Shown here: positions 9,279-19,606 of the stretch, piece by piece | How positions within the stretch are numbered: the stretch's first letter is position 1 | Layout: every line of letters starts with the position of its first letter | The notes under the pieces: generated by a model | The model's database searches: none | What the model was told of the DNA's origin: nothing | The model's input: only the letters and a program-made list of their open reading frames with translations | Assembly (NCBI GenBank): GCA_001189075.1 | Contig: LFCN01000006.1 | Span: 460,866-524,865 of the forward strand | Source: Parcubacteria bacterium C7867-004 | GTDB lineage: Bacteria > Patescibacteriota > Minisyncoccia > Phycocordibacterales > Phycocordibacteraceae | Length of the DNA: 64,000 nt | Reading direction: 5' to 3' | Made by a program: the position numbers and the translations under genes

Positions 9279-11195
9279 ATGAAGGTATCAGAGGTCAGGA
9301 AACGATTCCTCGCTTTTTATGAGGCGAGAGGGCACGTGATCATACCCTCGGCACCGATAGTGCCGGGCAATGACCCGACCACGCTTTTCACTTCAAGCGG
9401 TATGCAGCCCTTGTTGCCGTATTTCCTCGGAAAGGATCACCCGGAAGGTAAGCGGGTCGTGAATTCCCAGCTATCCTTCCGTGCGGGCGACATAGAAGAG
9501 GTGGGAGACAACCGTCACACGACGTTCTTCGAGATGCTCGGCAACTGGTCCTTCGGCGACTATTTCAAGCAAGAGCAGCTGCCCTGGATATTCGAATTCC
9601 TTACGAGTCCCGATACCGGATTCGGCATCGACCCTTCGAAACTGTATGTAACGGTATTTTCGGGCGACAAGGAAGCAGGTATCGAGCTTGATACCGAAGC
9701 AATAGATATATGGAAGCGACTCTATAAGGAACAGGGCATCGATGCCGGATTCGCGGACATCGGTTCCGAGGAGCATGGCTACGAGCGCGGCATCAAAGAG
9801 GGCGAGCGCATCTTCGCCTACGAAGCAAAGAAGAACTGGTGGAGCAGGTCAGGCGTACCCGCTAACATGCCTGCGGGAGAGCCGGGCGGACCGGACTCCG
9901 AGCTATTCTATGATTTCGGCACGCCGCATGACCCGAAATGGGGAGCACACTGCCATCCGAACTGCGATTGCGGCCGCTTCGTGGAGATCGGAAACTCCGT
10001 CTTCATGCAGTTCATGAAAAAGGACGACGGCTCGTTCGAGGAGCTGCCCAAGAAGAACATTGATTTCGGCGGCGGGCTCGAGCGTATCGCCATGGCAACC
10101 GTAGGACCGGACATATTCCTCCTCGATATCTTCGACACTGCGCGCAGCGTGCTCGAAGAGCGATCCGGCAAGGCGTACGGCACGGACGCAGCCACTACGC
10201 GGTCGATGCGCATCATCCTCGACCATATGCGCGCAGCATCCTGCATGCTTGCTGAAGGCGTTCTTCCCGCAAACACGGAGGCAGGCTACGTGCTTCGTCG
10301 CCTCGTTCGCCGCTCCATACGAGAAGCAGATCGTCTGGGAATACGGGATGCCGTCCTTGCCGACGTCGCTAAGGGATACGGCGAGGCGTACGCGGATCAC
10401 TACCCGCATATACTCGCGAACGCCGATCGTATACGCGATGAGCTCGCTAAGGAGGAGGCGCAGTTCAGGAAAACCCTCACCAACGGGATGCGGGAGCTTG
10501 AGAAGCTCGCAGGACGTGGATCTATTTCTCCGGAAGAGGTGTTCACGCTCTTCACGACCTACGGCTTCCCAATTGAGCTTACGGAGGAAATCGCGAACGA
10601 ACGCGAAATCGAGCTCGATCTGACCGAAGTGATGAAACTCATGGAAAAGCATCAGGAGACATCACGCGCCGGAGGAGCGCAGCGCTTCGCCGGCGGACTT
10701 GCCGATCATGCCGAGCAGACCGTCCGATATCACACCACCCATCACATCCTTCTGAAAGCGCTTCAGATGGTGCTTGGCGACGAAGTGAAGCAGCGCGGGA
10801 GCAATATCACTTCCGAGCGGCTTCGCATCGATTTCTCTTCGCCCGGCAAGATGACCGACGAGCAGAAAGCGGAAGTAGAGAAGATCGTGAACGAGCTTAT
10901 CTATAAGGATATGCCGGTTACGCGCACGGTTATGCTGCGAGAGGAGGCGGAGAAGCTCGGCGCACAGATGGAGTTCGGCGTGAAGTATCCGGACATGGTT
11001 TCGGTCTATTCGGTCGGTCCGGCTCACGCGACGACCGACGCGCCCGATATCCCAAACGCGTTCTCGCTCGAGTTCTGCGGCGGTCCGCATGTGTCGAACA
11101 CAAGCGAAATCCATGACGGCGACAAGAGATTCAAGATACAGAAAGAAGAAGCGGTCGCTTCAGGCATCCGTCGTATAAAAGCAGTATTGGCGTAG
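9279..11195 (+). CDS. alaS: Alanine--tRNA ligase lacking the C-Ala domain
   Basis: DPTTLFT, HTTFFEMLGN, GLER, editing HxxxH and CGGPH; ends at GIRRIKA. Confidence 0.95.
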   Translation: MKVSEVRKRFLAFYEARGHVIIPSAPIVPGNDPTTLFTSSGMQPLLPYFLGKDHPEGKRVVNSQLSFRAGDIEEVGDNRHTTFFEMLGNWSFGDYFKQEQLPWIFEFLTSPDTGFGIDPSKLYVTVFSGDKEAGIELDTEAIDIWKRLYKEQGIDAGFADIGSEEHGYERGIKEGERIFAYEAKKNWWSRSGVPANMPAGEPGGPDSELFYDFGTPHDPKWGAHCHPNCDCGRFVEIGNSVFMQFMKKDDGSFEELPKKNIDFGGGLERIAMATVGPDIFLLDIFDTARSVLEERSGKAYGTDAATTRSMRIILDHMRAASCMLAEGVLPANTEAGYVLRRLVRRSIREADRLGIRDAVLADVAKGYGEAYADHYPHILANADRIRDELAKEEAQFRKTLTNGMRELEKLAGRGSISPEEVFTLFTTYGFPIELTEEIANEREIELDLTEVMKLMEKHQETSRAGGAQRFAGGLADHAEQTVRYHTTHHILLKALQMVLGDEVKQRGSNITSERLRIDFSSPGKMTDEQKAEVEKIVNELIYKDMPVTRTVMLREEAEKLGAQMEFGVKYPDMVSVYSVGPAHATTDAPDIPNAFSLEFCGGPHVSNTSEIHDGDKRFKIQKEEAVASGIRRIKAVLA

Positions 11196-11236
11196 TAGAG
11201 GAGTACGTGGGTGCGACTGATTATATAGAAAAGAAA

Positions 11237-11262
11237 AAAGGCGACCCGCGAGGATCGCCTTT
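11237..11262. terminator. Terminator hairpin
   Basis: AAAGGCGA..TCGCCTTT with upstream A tract. Confidence 0.65.
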
Positions 11263-11290
11263 AGCTCAATGAGATCGTGGGCGGGTAGGG

Positions 11291-13042
11291 TTACCCGAAC
11301 ACGATCCATCCAGCTTGCAAGGAGCTCAGTGCGACACCTTCAAGCACCACGTGTTCGCCCGACCCGAAGGTCAGGACCGTGTCGACCCCCGATTGGGCGG
11401 CCGAATAGGTGATTCCAGCATCCAAGAGGACCTGGTCACCTTGCGAAGCGCTGAAGCCGATGACTCTATCGTCGCTGCCATTGGCAGAGAAATGGAACCT
11501 GTCGGCGCCGTCGCCCCCGGTGAGGGTGTCGTTGCCCTTGTCGCCGGAGAGGTAGTCGTTACCGGCCTCTCCATAGAGGCGGTCGTTATCCTGACCGCCG
11601 TAGATCATGTCGCTGCCGGCCCCGCCATAGACGGTGTCGTTGCCGACGTTGCCGTGCAGCTGGACGTCGTCACCTTCGTCTCCAAAGACAACGTCATCCC
11701 CTTTGCCGCCAAGCACGACGTCAGCGCCAGCATCACCGTGAACGGTGTCGTTGCCGACGTTGCCGTTGATGCTGTCGTTGCCGTTCAGACCGCTAACGTA
11801 GTCATTTCCGTCAGCGCCCCAGAGGACGTTATCGGAAACGTTACCGATGATGCTGTCGTTGCCGGAGCCGCCGACGGCATTCTCGATCACTGTCGTGAGC
11901 GAGATGCCGATGTTGCCCTGGTAGCCGCCGACGGAAGAGAATCCGCCGGACGAAAGGTCCAGGGTTTGCGACATGGCGTACAGCGAGGCATCGAGGGTGT
12001 CGATGCCGCCTGCGTCGTAGATCGTGAACGCGACGCGCGGCCCATAGGTAGCGAAGTCGAAGAACGAGCCTACCGTGCTGTGGAAGCCGTAGGTCGAATT
12101 GCCCGTACGGGTCGTAGTGTTGACCCCGTACAGCATCTGCAACGCGACGATGTCGGCCATCTGAGGCGTGAGGATGCTGTTGTGCAGATCCGCGCCCATC
12201 CAACCGAAATCACTCAGCACCGAGAATTGCAGTCCGTCGTTGGCGAACACGTTGCTCACCCCGTACTGGGGCGAAGCGTTGTACGGGCCGGGATGCCCAA
12301 GACCAAGCGCATGCCCGAGTTCGTGCAGATTGATCTGGAACACCATCGAGTTGAACGACGATCCGGTAACGAAGTCGCTACTGATCGTGATCTTGCCGTT
12401 CCCACCAGTCGCGATCCCCGTCCCCTTGTTGGAGTAGACGATATCTGCGCCCGCGGCATTCGCCACGGACGTGAAGTTGATGTTCGCGACGTCGCTGAAC
12501 ACCTCCTGCGCCTTCTGAGCGTACATTTGCTCGACGGGCGTCAGGTCCGCATAGAAGACCGTGAGGTTCAGTTTCGTGAACGGGTGCAAGATCGACTTCC
12601 AGAAGTCGCCGATCATCATGGCAGCCATTTCAGTTGCCGAGACGTACGGCTTCGCGGCGACCAGGTAAGTGCCGGTCGCAGCCGCGTTCGAAGAACGCGC
12701 TTCGAGGAAGAAGTCGCCCGATGAGCCAGCGGTGTAGTTGATGAACGGGTTGGCGCCGACCGTGTAATCGGCCGCCGCAACCACGTTGCCGAGAGAATCC
12801 CGGAGAGTGATGGCAGGACGGTTCAAGGTCCCGCCAGGAGGGCCGGTATTCGTCTGCACGTCGCCGCCGATAGAGAGGAGGTACCGCTGCCCTTGGGTAA
12901 GGGTAATGCGGAACCAGTCGGTATCGCCGCCGAACTGCACGTTGCCGGTCATCGATCCACCGATGGCAATCCGTCCGGATGTGGTGAAGTCGTTGTCGAA
13001 ATCGTCGCCAGCAATGGCGGCGTTCGTCATTGCAAGGTACAT
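11291..13042 (-). CDS. Serralysin-like M10B metalloprotease with N-terminal PPC-like domain and RTX Ca-binding repeats
   Basis: HELGHALGLGH, FTIYDAGGIDTLD, IENAVGGSGND and many GGxGxD repeats; SD AAGGAG before ATG 13042. Confidence 0.88.
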   Translation of the reverse strand: MYLAMTNAAIAGDDFDNDFTTSGRIAIGGSMTGNVQFGGDTDWFRITLTQGQRYLLSIGGDVQTNTGPPGGTLNRPAITLRDSLGNVVAAADYTVGANPFINYTAGSSGDFFLEARSSNAAATGTYLVAAKPYVSATEMAAMMIGDFWKSILHPFTKLNLTVFYADLTPVEQMYAQKAQEVFSDVANINFTSVANAAGADIVYSNKGTGIATGGNGKITISSDFVTGSSFNSMVFQINLHELGHALGLGHPGPYNASPQYGVSNVFANDGLQFSVLSDFGWMGADLHNSILTPQMADIVALQMLYGVNTTTRTGNSTYGFHSTVGSFFDFATYGPRVAFTIYDAGGIDTLDASLYAMSQTLDLSSGGFSSVGGYQGNIGISLTTVIENAVGGSGNDSIIGNVSDNVLWGADGNDYVSGLNGNDSINGNVGNDTVHGDAGADVVLGGKGDDVVFGDEGDDVQLHGNVGNDTVYGGAGSDMIYGGQDNDRLYGEAGNDYLSGDKGNDTLTGGDGADRFHFSANGSDDRVIGFSASQGDQVLLDAGITYSAAQSGVDTVLTFGSGEHVVLEGVALSSLQAGWIVFG

Positions 13043-13249
13043 ATTCGATCTCCTTTGACCGTATTGGGTCGCTAGACCCGCAAGTATCGAATGTGGGCTC
13101 TTTTTACCACGTATTAAACGTATTGTCGAGAATGTTATCCCCATATGCAGAGAGATGCTGCAAGACCACCCGACCCGCGATCCGCAGCTGAACATGCGCA
13201 GGATTCAGGCACCGATTGAACTGGAACGCCCTGGTATACTCTATCTACT

Positions 13250-14443
13250 ATGGGTCTTTTTTCATTCGGTAAGAAAACTGAATCGATAGCGCTGATCGAT
13301 ATCGGTTCCGGCTCTATCGGTGGCGGGTACGCGCACTTCTCGGAGGGAGCTATACCCGTCATGTATTACAGCGTGCGCATCCCCATAGAAGCTGCCGAGG
13401 GAGAGGAATTGACCGATGCGATGCTTCGGACACTTCTAACGGTCGAACAGTTACTGACTCATGAAGGAGCGCCCGCGATGCGACGCGAGACCGGCAGCGG
13501 CCATGCCGACCGTATCCTCGTATCACTCGGAGCACCCTGGCAGGAGACGAAGGTGGTCACGAAGCATATCCAGCAACCACACCCGTTCCTTATCACGCCC
13601 GCACTCCTTACGAACGCAGCTAACGAAATAGCGGGAGATCAGCCTGGTCGAGTCGAGTCGGGACGTTCGGTCATAGCGACCATCCTTAACGGGTACGAGA
13701 TAGGGGAGCCGTTCGGAAAGCGTGCGAACCGTGCGGACTTCGTAATCCTTTCCTCGAGCGTCGATAAGAGAGCGCACGACGCGGTGCGCAAATCGCTCCG
13801 GCACGCGTTCCATGCGCACGATATTGAGGTTACTGCCTTCGCTCCTGCTGCGTACGCGGTATTCCGCGACCTCTATCCACACCAGAAGGATTTCATTATC
13901 CTCGACGTATCCGGAGCAGCAACCGACGCCGCCTTCGTAAAGCGGGGACTGCTTTCGGGCGTCACATCCGTGCCGCACGGACTCGATAACCTTTTCAAGG
14001 CTTCCCGAGAAGCGGCGCAATCGGCAGCTCCTGCCGCCTCAGCGATTAACTTGCTTGATAAGAGCGGGAGCGACGAGTTCACGGCTCGATCAGCAGAGGC
14101 ACAGCGTGAATGGCTCGGGGGATTACGCGACGTGTTCGCTGCCTTCGCAGCCGAGCAGGCGCTCCCGCGAACGCTCTTTCTCATGGCTGACGACGGCGCC
14201 CGTGATTTCCTCAAGCGCATTCTTGAATCCAGCGAACTGCGGAGCCTGTGGCTGAGCGAAGAACCGCTCTCGATCGTTCCGGTCTCTTCGCAGAACCTTT
14301 CGACCCGCGTGAGCGCTCGCGGACTTGCAACTGCCGATCTGTTTCTCGGTATCCTCGCACTCTTTCACGCAAAGGGCGCAGGTGAGCTGCCTCCGGATGA
14401 GAGCACCGAAGACGTGCCTGTTATACACGAAACTGAAGCATAG
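13250..14443 (+). CDS. FtsA/PilM-like actin-fold protein
   Basis: ALIDIGSGSIGG phosphate-1 and ILDVSGAATD phosphate-2-like motifs, LNGY motif. Confidence 0.65.
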   Translation: MGLFSFGKKTESIALIDIGSGSIGGGYAHFSEGAIPVMYYSVRIPIEAAEGEELTDAMLRTLLTVEQLLTHEGAPAMRRETGSGHADRILVSLGAPWQETKVVTKHIQQPHPFLITPALLTNAANEIAGDQPGRVESGRSVIATILNGYEIGEPFGKRANRADFVILSSSVDKRAHDAVRKSLRHAFHAHDIEVTAFAPAAYAVFRDLYPHQKDFIILDVSGAATDAAFVKRGLLSGVTSVPHGLDNLFKASREAAQSAAPAASAINLLDKSGSDEFTARSAEAQREWLGGLRDVFAAFAAEQALPRTLFLMADDGARDFLKRILESSELRSLWLSEEPLSIVPVSSQNLSTRVSARGLATADLFLGILALFHAKGAGELPPDESTEDVPVIHETEA

Positions 14444-14535
14444 GAGCGTGGTTATACCCACGCGCGTCTTTCGTAGCCGTAAAGGTTGTATACTTGTGTA
14501 CATAGTAAGGGCATAGACGCTTTCTGATAGTTTTC

Positions 14536-15840
14536 ATGAACAAGAACCTGAACGACATCATCCCGCCGTCGCGCCGACGCATTCTCGAAGAATCCGGTGC
14601 GCTTCCTCCGCAAGCTCCAGTTAGCATGCCAACGCCCGCACCTGCACCCATGGCAATGCACGACGACCATGCTCCATCCCCGAGTAGCTACACCCGCTCG
14701 ATGTCTCCGCGCGGAGGTCGTTCGTTCCCGTACGGAACCCTTATCGCCGCACTCGTCGTTATCGGCCTTTCGGTCGGAGCGCTATTCGCGTTCTCCGGAG
14801 CCAAGGTGAACATTACTCCCGCCATGAACACCGTGACAGTAGCGGGTGATTTCATCTCCACACTCTCAACAGGGGATCTTCCGTTTGAGGTCATTACCGT
14901 AGAGAAGGTCGCGACCGCGAACGTCGATAGTGAGGGTACTGAGACGGTTAATCAGGCGGCACAGGGTGCTATTACCATCATGAACAAGCAGCCGAATTCT
15001 CAGCAGCTCATCAAGAACACCCGTTTCCAGACCCCTGACGGCCTGGTGTTCCGCATTCGGGATTCCGTGACCATTCCGGCGAGCAAGAACGGCACTCCCG
15101 GCGCAATAAAGACCAATGTATACGCTGACGCGGCTGGCGAGCAGTATAATGTTGGGGCAACGACCTTTACAGTTCCCGGTCTTAAAGGCAACGCTAGCTT
15201 CGATCTCGTAACGGCAGTATCCGATGAGCCGATGAAAGGAGGGTTCGCTGGTCCGCGTCCGAACATCGGCCAGGCAACCCGTGAGGCGACTACCGCGAAG
15301 CTCAAGGAATCACTCGCCCCGGACATCGAGAAGGAACTCGCAGATAAGGTCCAGGAGGGCTACGTGCTCTTGAATGGAGCAAGCCGTGTAACCTACACCG
15401 ATGAACCGGACTCAGCCGCAGCGGGAGGAAAAGTAACCATCGGCGCAAAGGCAGTGGCAACCGCGGTCGTATTCCCGGAAGCAGCGCTCGCTCGCGCAAT
15501 CGCATACCAGACCATCGGAAGCTATTCCGGTCAGGATGTCGAGCTCGGTGATCAGAAGGGGCTTACCCTTACGCCAACCGGAGACCTTCCGAGCGCCGGA
15601 ACGGCAGAGTTCCCGTTCTCGCTTGCCGGCAACAGCGTTATCGTCTGGACCGTCGACACTGCAAAGATCGCAGGAGCGGTTTCAGGAAAGGGTCGCGACG
15701 CCGCACAGAGTATCCTTGCCGGGTTCCCAGAAGTTGAAATGGCCCAGTTAGTACTTCGTCCCTTCTGGTCCAGCACCTTCCCCCAGGACCCGGCGAAGAT
15801 AAATGTCTCGGTCTCCTCGTCCGAAACCTCTAAAAAGTAG
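14536..15840 (+). CDS. Membrane-anchored protein with baseplate J-like domain
   Basis: One TM helix then A.G.ITI.N..TRF..DG.VFR..V.AD..GEQYN..F..PG..M.GG pattern. Confidence 0.6.
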   Translation: MNKNLNDIIPPSRRRILEESGALPPQAPVSMPTPAPAPMAMHDDHAPSPSSYTRSMSPRGGRSFPYGTLIAALVVIGLSVGALFAFSGAKVNITPAMNTVTVAGDFISTLSTGDLPFEVITVEKVATANVDSEGTETVNQAAQGAITIMNKQPNSQQLIKNTRFQTPDGLVFRIRDSVTIPASKNGTPGAIKTNVYADAAGEQYNVGATTFTVPGLKGNASFDLVTAVSDEPMKGGFAGPRPNIGQATREATTAKLKESLAPDIEKELADKVQEGYVLLNGASRVTYTDEPDSAAAGGKVTIGAKAVATAVVFPEAALARAIAYQTIGSYSGQDVELGDQKGLTLTPTGDLPSAGTAEFPFSLAGNSVIVWTVDTAKIAGAVSGKGRDAAQSILAGFPEVEMAQLVLRPFWSSTFPQDPAKINVSVSSSETSKK

Positions 15841-15870
15841 GGTACTGAACCCCTTATTCCGCCCCTACTG

Positions 15871-15899
15871 TTGACGCTTTAGGCCGTACTTGGTAGGAT
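15871..15899 (+). promoter_or_regulatory. Sigma70-type promoter of the infA-alpha operon
   Basis: TTGACG-17nt-TAGGAT. Confidence 0.65.
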
Positions 15900-15912
15900 A
15901 CGAGAGCTTCAC

Positions 15913-16131
15913 ATGGAGGTAAGTAAAGACGAAGAACCCGCGACGGGCACTGTTGAAGAAGTGCTCCCGAATTCCTTATTCAGGGTTCGGATGCCGTCGG
16001 GCGATCTTCTGCTCGCATACCTTGCAGGCAAGATGCGGTTGCATCGCATACGCGTATTGGTCGGCGACCGGGTAGAACTGGTTATCGATCCGTATGGCGG
16101 GCGGGCACGCATCGTGAGGCGACTTAGTTAA
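15913..16131 (+). CDS. infA: Translation initiation factor IF-1
   Basis: GTVEEVLPN..FRV, AGKMR..RIRVL.GDRV. Confidence 0.95.
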   Translation: MEVSKDEEPATGTVEEVLPNSLFRVRMPSGDLLLAYLAGKMRLHRIRVLVGDRVELVIDPYGGRARIVRRLS

Positions 16132-16142
16132 TACGATAAACG

Positions 16143-16259
16143 ATGAAAGTACGCGCATCAATCAAGGTCCAGCAGCCTGGAGACATCATCGTCCGTCGTC
16201 GCGGGCGTCTCTATCGTATCAACAAGCGCAATCCACGCCGCAAGGCTCGCCAGGGCTAA
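16143..16259 (+). CDS. rpmJ: 50S ribosomal protein L36, Cys-free form (missing from ORF track)
   Basis: Hand translation [38 protein letters not shown]; lies between infA and rpsM. Confidence 0.95.
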   Translation: MKVRASIKVQQPGDIIVRRRGRLYRINKRNPRRKARQG

Positions 16260-16305
16260 TTTCGTACCGTTTTACTACCATCCAACAAGACTCTCACTTC
16301 TACCT

Positions 16306-16686
16306 ATGCGTATCGCCGGTGTAACCCTTCCTGATGACAAGCAGCTCGCGTACTCGCTGCCGCTGATTTTCGGCATCGGTCCGACACGCGCACTTTCAAT
16401 TCTTAAGGAGGCGGGTATCAAGCCTACCCGCAAGGGCTCCGATCTCTCTGCAGACGAGGAGCAGCAGATCCGTCTTCTCGCTGAGGCCTACACTATTGAG
16501 GGTGAGCTCCGCCGTGAGGAAGGGAACAACGTAAAGCGCCTCAAGGACATCCGCTCCAAGCGCGGCATGCGTCATGAGCGCCGTCTTCCGGCTCGCAATC
16601 AGCGCACCAAGACTAACTCCCGCACCGTACGTGGAAACACCCGTAAGACTATGGGTTCGGGTCGCCGCACGCTTGAGAAGACATAA
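16306..16686 (+). CDS. rpsM: 30S ribosomal protein S13
   Basis: MRIAGV, IFGIG, RGMRH..LP.R.QRTKTNSRT. Confidence 0.95.
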   Translation: MRIAGVTLPDDKQLAYSLPLIFGIGPTRALSILKEAGIKPTRKGSDLSADEEQQIRLLAEAYTIEGELRREEGNNVKRLKDIRSKRGMRHERRLPARNQRTKTNSRTVRGNTRKTMGSGRRTLEKT

Positions 16687-16712
16687 TCCGCTGCTTTCAC
16701 TACTAATTTCCT

Positions 16713-17147
16713 ATGGGTAAGAAACGAATCATCAAGAAGAGCGGAAAGGGCATGGACCATGGCCGCAAGGAGCGCGCCCTGTCTAAGGCAGTCAAGAAGC
16801 GCCTTGAGCGGGGTGTTCTGCATGTTGAAGCGACCTTCAACAACACGAAGGCGGTCCTTACCGACGACGCAGGCAACGCGATCATGTCGAGCTCGTCCGG
16901 CGCACTCGGCTTCTCCGGCGCTCGCAAGTCGACTCCGTACGCTGCCGCTAAGGTCGGCGAACTCCTCGGCGAGAAGGCTGCGTTCATCGGCCTCAAGGAG
17001 GCTTCGGTTGTCATTCGCGGCATCGGTGCCGGTCGCGAGTCAGCACTCCGTGCATTCGCGAGCAAGGGGATCGCAATCCGCTCCATTAAGGACGCTACCC
17101 CGGTCCCGCACAACGGCCCTCGCCCTAAGAAAGCTCGTCGCGTATAG
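16713..17147 (+). CDS. rpsK: 30S ribosomal protein S11
   Basis: ATFNNT, GARKSTPYAA, TPVPHNG. Confidence 0.96.
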   Translation: MGKKRIIKKSGKGMDHGRKERALSKAVKKRLERGVLHVEATFNNTKAVLTDDAGNAIMSSSSGALGFSGARKSTPYAAAKVGELLGEKAAFIGLKEASVVIRGIGAGRESALRAFASKGIAIRSIKDATPVPHNGPRPKKARRV

Positions 17148-17174
17148 TCTCTCGTCTTTCCTCACACCTTACAC

Positions 17175-17792
17175 ATGAAAATCGGACCTAAGTACAAGAT
17201 AGCAAAGCGCCTCGGAGCATCGGTCTTCGAGAAGACGCAGACCCAGAAATTCGCTATAGCGGAAGAGCGTTCTGCACGTAACAAGAAGAGCGGCCGTCGT
17301 GGCAATCAGACCGAGTACTCGAAGCAGCTGCTTGAGAAGCAGAAGGTCCGCATGACCTACGGCCTCTCGGAGCGCCAGTTCAGCAATTATGTCGAGACCG
17401 CCGTCCACACCCATGGACAGGTTCCGACCGAGACCCTCCACAAGCTTCTCGAGATGCGCCTCGACAACGTCCTCTACCGCCTCGGCCTTGCGCCGACTCG
17501 CCGTGCAGCTCGCCAGATGGCCAGCCACGGTCACATCACCGTGAATGGCGTGAAGACCACCATCCCTTCCCGCGCTATGCGCATCGGCGACGTTATCGGC
17601 GTCCGCGAGGGCTCGAAGAGCGCCATCCTCTTCGAGAACTTCGAGGAGAAGTTCCGCGAACGCCCGACGCTTGCGTCATGGCTTACGTGGGATCCGAAGA
17701 AGATGGAGGGAGGTATCCAGGAACTGCCGACCGCAGAGGCGGCATCTCCTGCAGGCGACCTCGTCATGGTGCTCTCGTTCTACAGCCGTTAA
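17175..17792 (+). CDS. rpsD: 30S ribosomal protein S4
   Basis: QLLEKQK, LEMRLDNV.YRLG, ARQ..HGH. Confidence 0.96.
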   Translation: MKIGPKYKIAKRLGASVFEKTQTQKFAIAEERSARNKKSGRRGNQTEYSKQLLEKQKVRMTYGLSERQFSNYVETAVHTHGQVPTETLHKLLEMRLDNVLYRLGLAPTRRAARQMASHGHITVNGVKTTIPSRAMRIGDVIGVREGSKSAILFENFEEKFRERPTLASWLTWDPKKMEGGIQELPTAEAASPAGDLVMVLSFYSR

Positions 17793-17822
17793 TTTACTAG
17801 GTACTGGTTAATCGATTGAGTC

Positions 17823-18794
17823 ATGGAATACCACATCACACTACCGTCTAAGCCTCGCGTTGTTTCAGAAGAAGGCGTTCAGGGCGTTTACGAGATAGAT
17901 TCGCTCTATCCGGGCTACGGCCACACCCTCGGCAACTCGCTCCGCCGGATCATCCACGCATCGCTTCCGGGCGCTGCGGTTACCAGCGTGAAGATCGAGG
18001 GAGCATCCCACGAGTTCGCTACCATGGAAGGCGTCCGCGAGACCGCCATGGAGGTACTCCTCAACCTTAAGCGCGTTCATTTCGCACTGCACGGCGACGA
18101 GCCGCAGACCATTTCGCTTTCCGTAAAGGGACCGATGCAGGTCAAGGCGTCAGATTTCAAGCTCCCGTCTCAGGTGGAGATCGCGAATCCAGACGCGCAC
18201 ATCGCTGACGTCGCGGGCAAGGTCGCGTTCGAACTCGAGGCAACCATCGAACGCGGTCTCGGCTACGTTCCCCGCGAACTTCTTACCAAGGAGAAGGTTG
18301 ATATCGGCACTATCGCGCTTGATGCGACCTTCACCCCTATCCGCCGCGTTAACTACGAGGTTGAGAACATGCGCGTCGGCGACCGCACGGACTTCAATCG
18401 CCTGCGCATCCTCATTGAGACTAACGGCACTATCACTCCTCGCGAGGCTCTTGAGCGTTCTATCGAAACGATGATCCACCAGCTCTCGGCCGTTATTGGC
18501 TTCCAGGAGCAGCAGGAGGAGACTCCGACGCACCCTGACGTCATCATGCCGAAGATGATGGGCGGCAAGGAGGACAAAGCGGCAGGAAAAGATCCCGCAA
18601 AGGTGAAGATCGAGGAGCTCGAGCTTCATGCTCGCATCGCTTCAGCACTTACGGACTCGGGCATCAAGTCGGTAGCTGGCCTTATCAAGAAGACCGCGAG
18701 CTCCCTCAAGGAGATCGACGGAATCGGCGACAAGGCTGTGACCGAGATCACCGACGCGCTCGATACGCTCGGTCTTGAGCTCAAGGGCGAGTAA
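17823..18794 (+). CDS. rpoA: RNA polymerase alpha subunit
   Basis: GYGHTLGNSLRR, HEF, V.NMRVG.RTDF. Confidence 0.96.
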   Translation: MEYHITLPSKPRVVSEEGVQGVYEIDSLYPGYGHTLGNSLRRIIHASLPGAAVTSVKIEGASHEFATMEGVRETAMEVLLNLKRVHFALHGDEPQTISLSVKGPMQVKASDFKLPSQVEIANPDAHIADVAGKVAFELEATIERGLGYVPRELLTKEKVDIGTIALDATFTPIRRVNYEVENMRVGDRTDFNRLRILIETNGTITPREALERSIETMIHQLSAVIGFQEQQEETPTHPDVIMPKMMGGKEDKAAGKDPAKVKIEELELHARIASALTDSGIKSVAGLIKKTASSLKEIDGIGDKAVTEITDALDTLGLELKGE

Positions 18795-18836
18795 TTCGAC
18801 CGGGATCAGAAATTGTGTTAGAACTGTAATACTCGT

Positions 18837-19190
18837 ATGCGACACCACAAAAAAGGACGAAGCTTCGGACGATCGCATGACCAGCGCACCGCGCTCATGC
18901 GCTCTTTGATGCGCTCGCTCATCATCCATGAGCGCATTTCGACGACCGAAGCGAAGGCCAAGGAGCTCCGCCCGATGATCGAGAAGCTCGTGTCGCATGC
19001 CCGTGTCGACTCAGTTGCTAACCGCCGTCTCGTGGCTGCACGCCTCGGAAACGATGACGCTGCTACCGCGAAGCTCTTCGCTGCGATCGCTCCTCGGTAC
19101 ACCGAGCGCCCGGGAGGATACACCCGCATCGTGAAGCGTTCTGCAACCGCTACCGACGGCCGCAAGACCGCCTACATCGCCTTCGTATAG
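18837..19190 (+). CDS. rplQ: 50S ribosomal protein L17
   Basis: MRH, I.TT.AKAKE, RPGGYTRI. Confidence 0.96.
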   Translation: MRHHKKGRSFGRSHDQRTALMRSLMRSLIIHERISTTEAKAKELRPMIEKLVSHARVDSVANRRLVAARLGNDDAATAKLFAAIAPRYTERPGGYTRIVKRSATATDGRKTAYIAFV

Positions 19191-19194
19191 ACCT

Positions 19195-19587
19195 ATGACT
19201 ACCACCCCGAACATCACCGTGAAGAGCCAGAACGGAGACCGCGAGCTCTTCACCATCGACGCTGCCGGCCAGTCACTCGGCCGCGTAGCTTCCGAGGCCG
19301 CGAACGCGCTCCTCGGCAAGAAGTCGGTGCACTTCATCAAGAACGAAGTGCTTCCCGTAGAAGTGCTCATCACGAACGCTTCGAAGCTCGTCATGACCGA
19401 CAAGCGCATCGCGGGCAAGGACTACACGCACTACACCGGCTACCCAGGAGGCCTCCGCATTACGCCGCTTGCACGCCTGCTCGCGAATAAGGGTGCTGCC
19501 GCTCCGATCCGCAAGGCTGTGGACGGCATGATCCCGCGCAACAAGCTGCGCAAGGAGCGCATGAAGCGCCTCACCATCACCGATTAA
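19195..19587 (+). CDS. rplM: 50S ribosomal protein L13
   Basis: IDA.GQ.LGR.AS, YTGYPGG, AV.GM.P. Confidence 0.93.
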   Translation: MTTTPNITVKSQNGDRELFTIDAAGQSLGRVASEAANALLGKKSVHFIKNEVLPVEVLITNASKLVMTDKRIAGKDYTHYTGYPGGLRITPLARLLANKGAAAPIRKAVDGMIPRNKLRKERMKRLTITD

Positions 19588-19606
19588 CCGAACCGAACTT
19601 TTTACT

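Noticed and set aside
11315-12724. 469-aa plus-strand ORF
   Set aside because: Antisense shadow of the GC-rich serralysin gene; no motifs.
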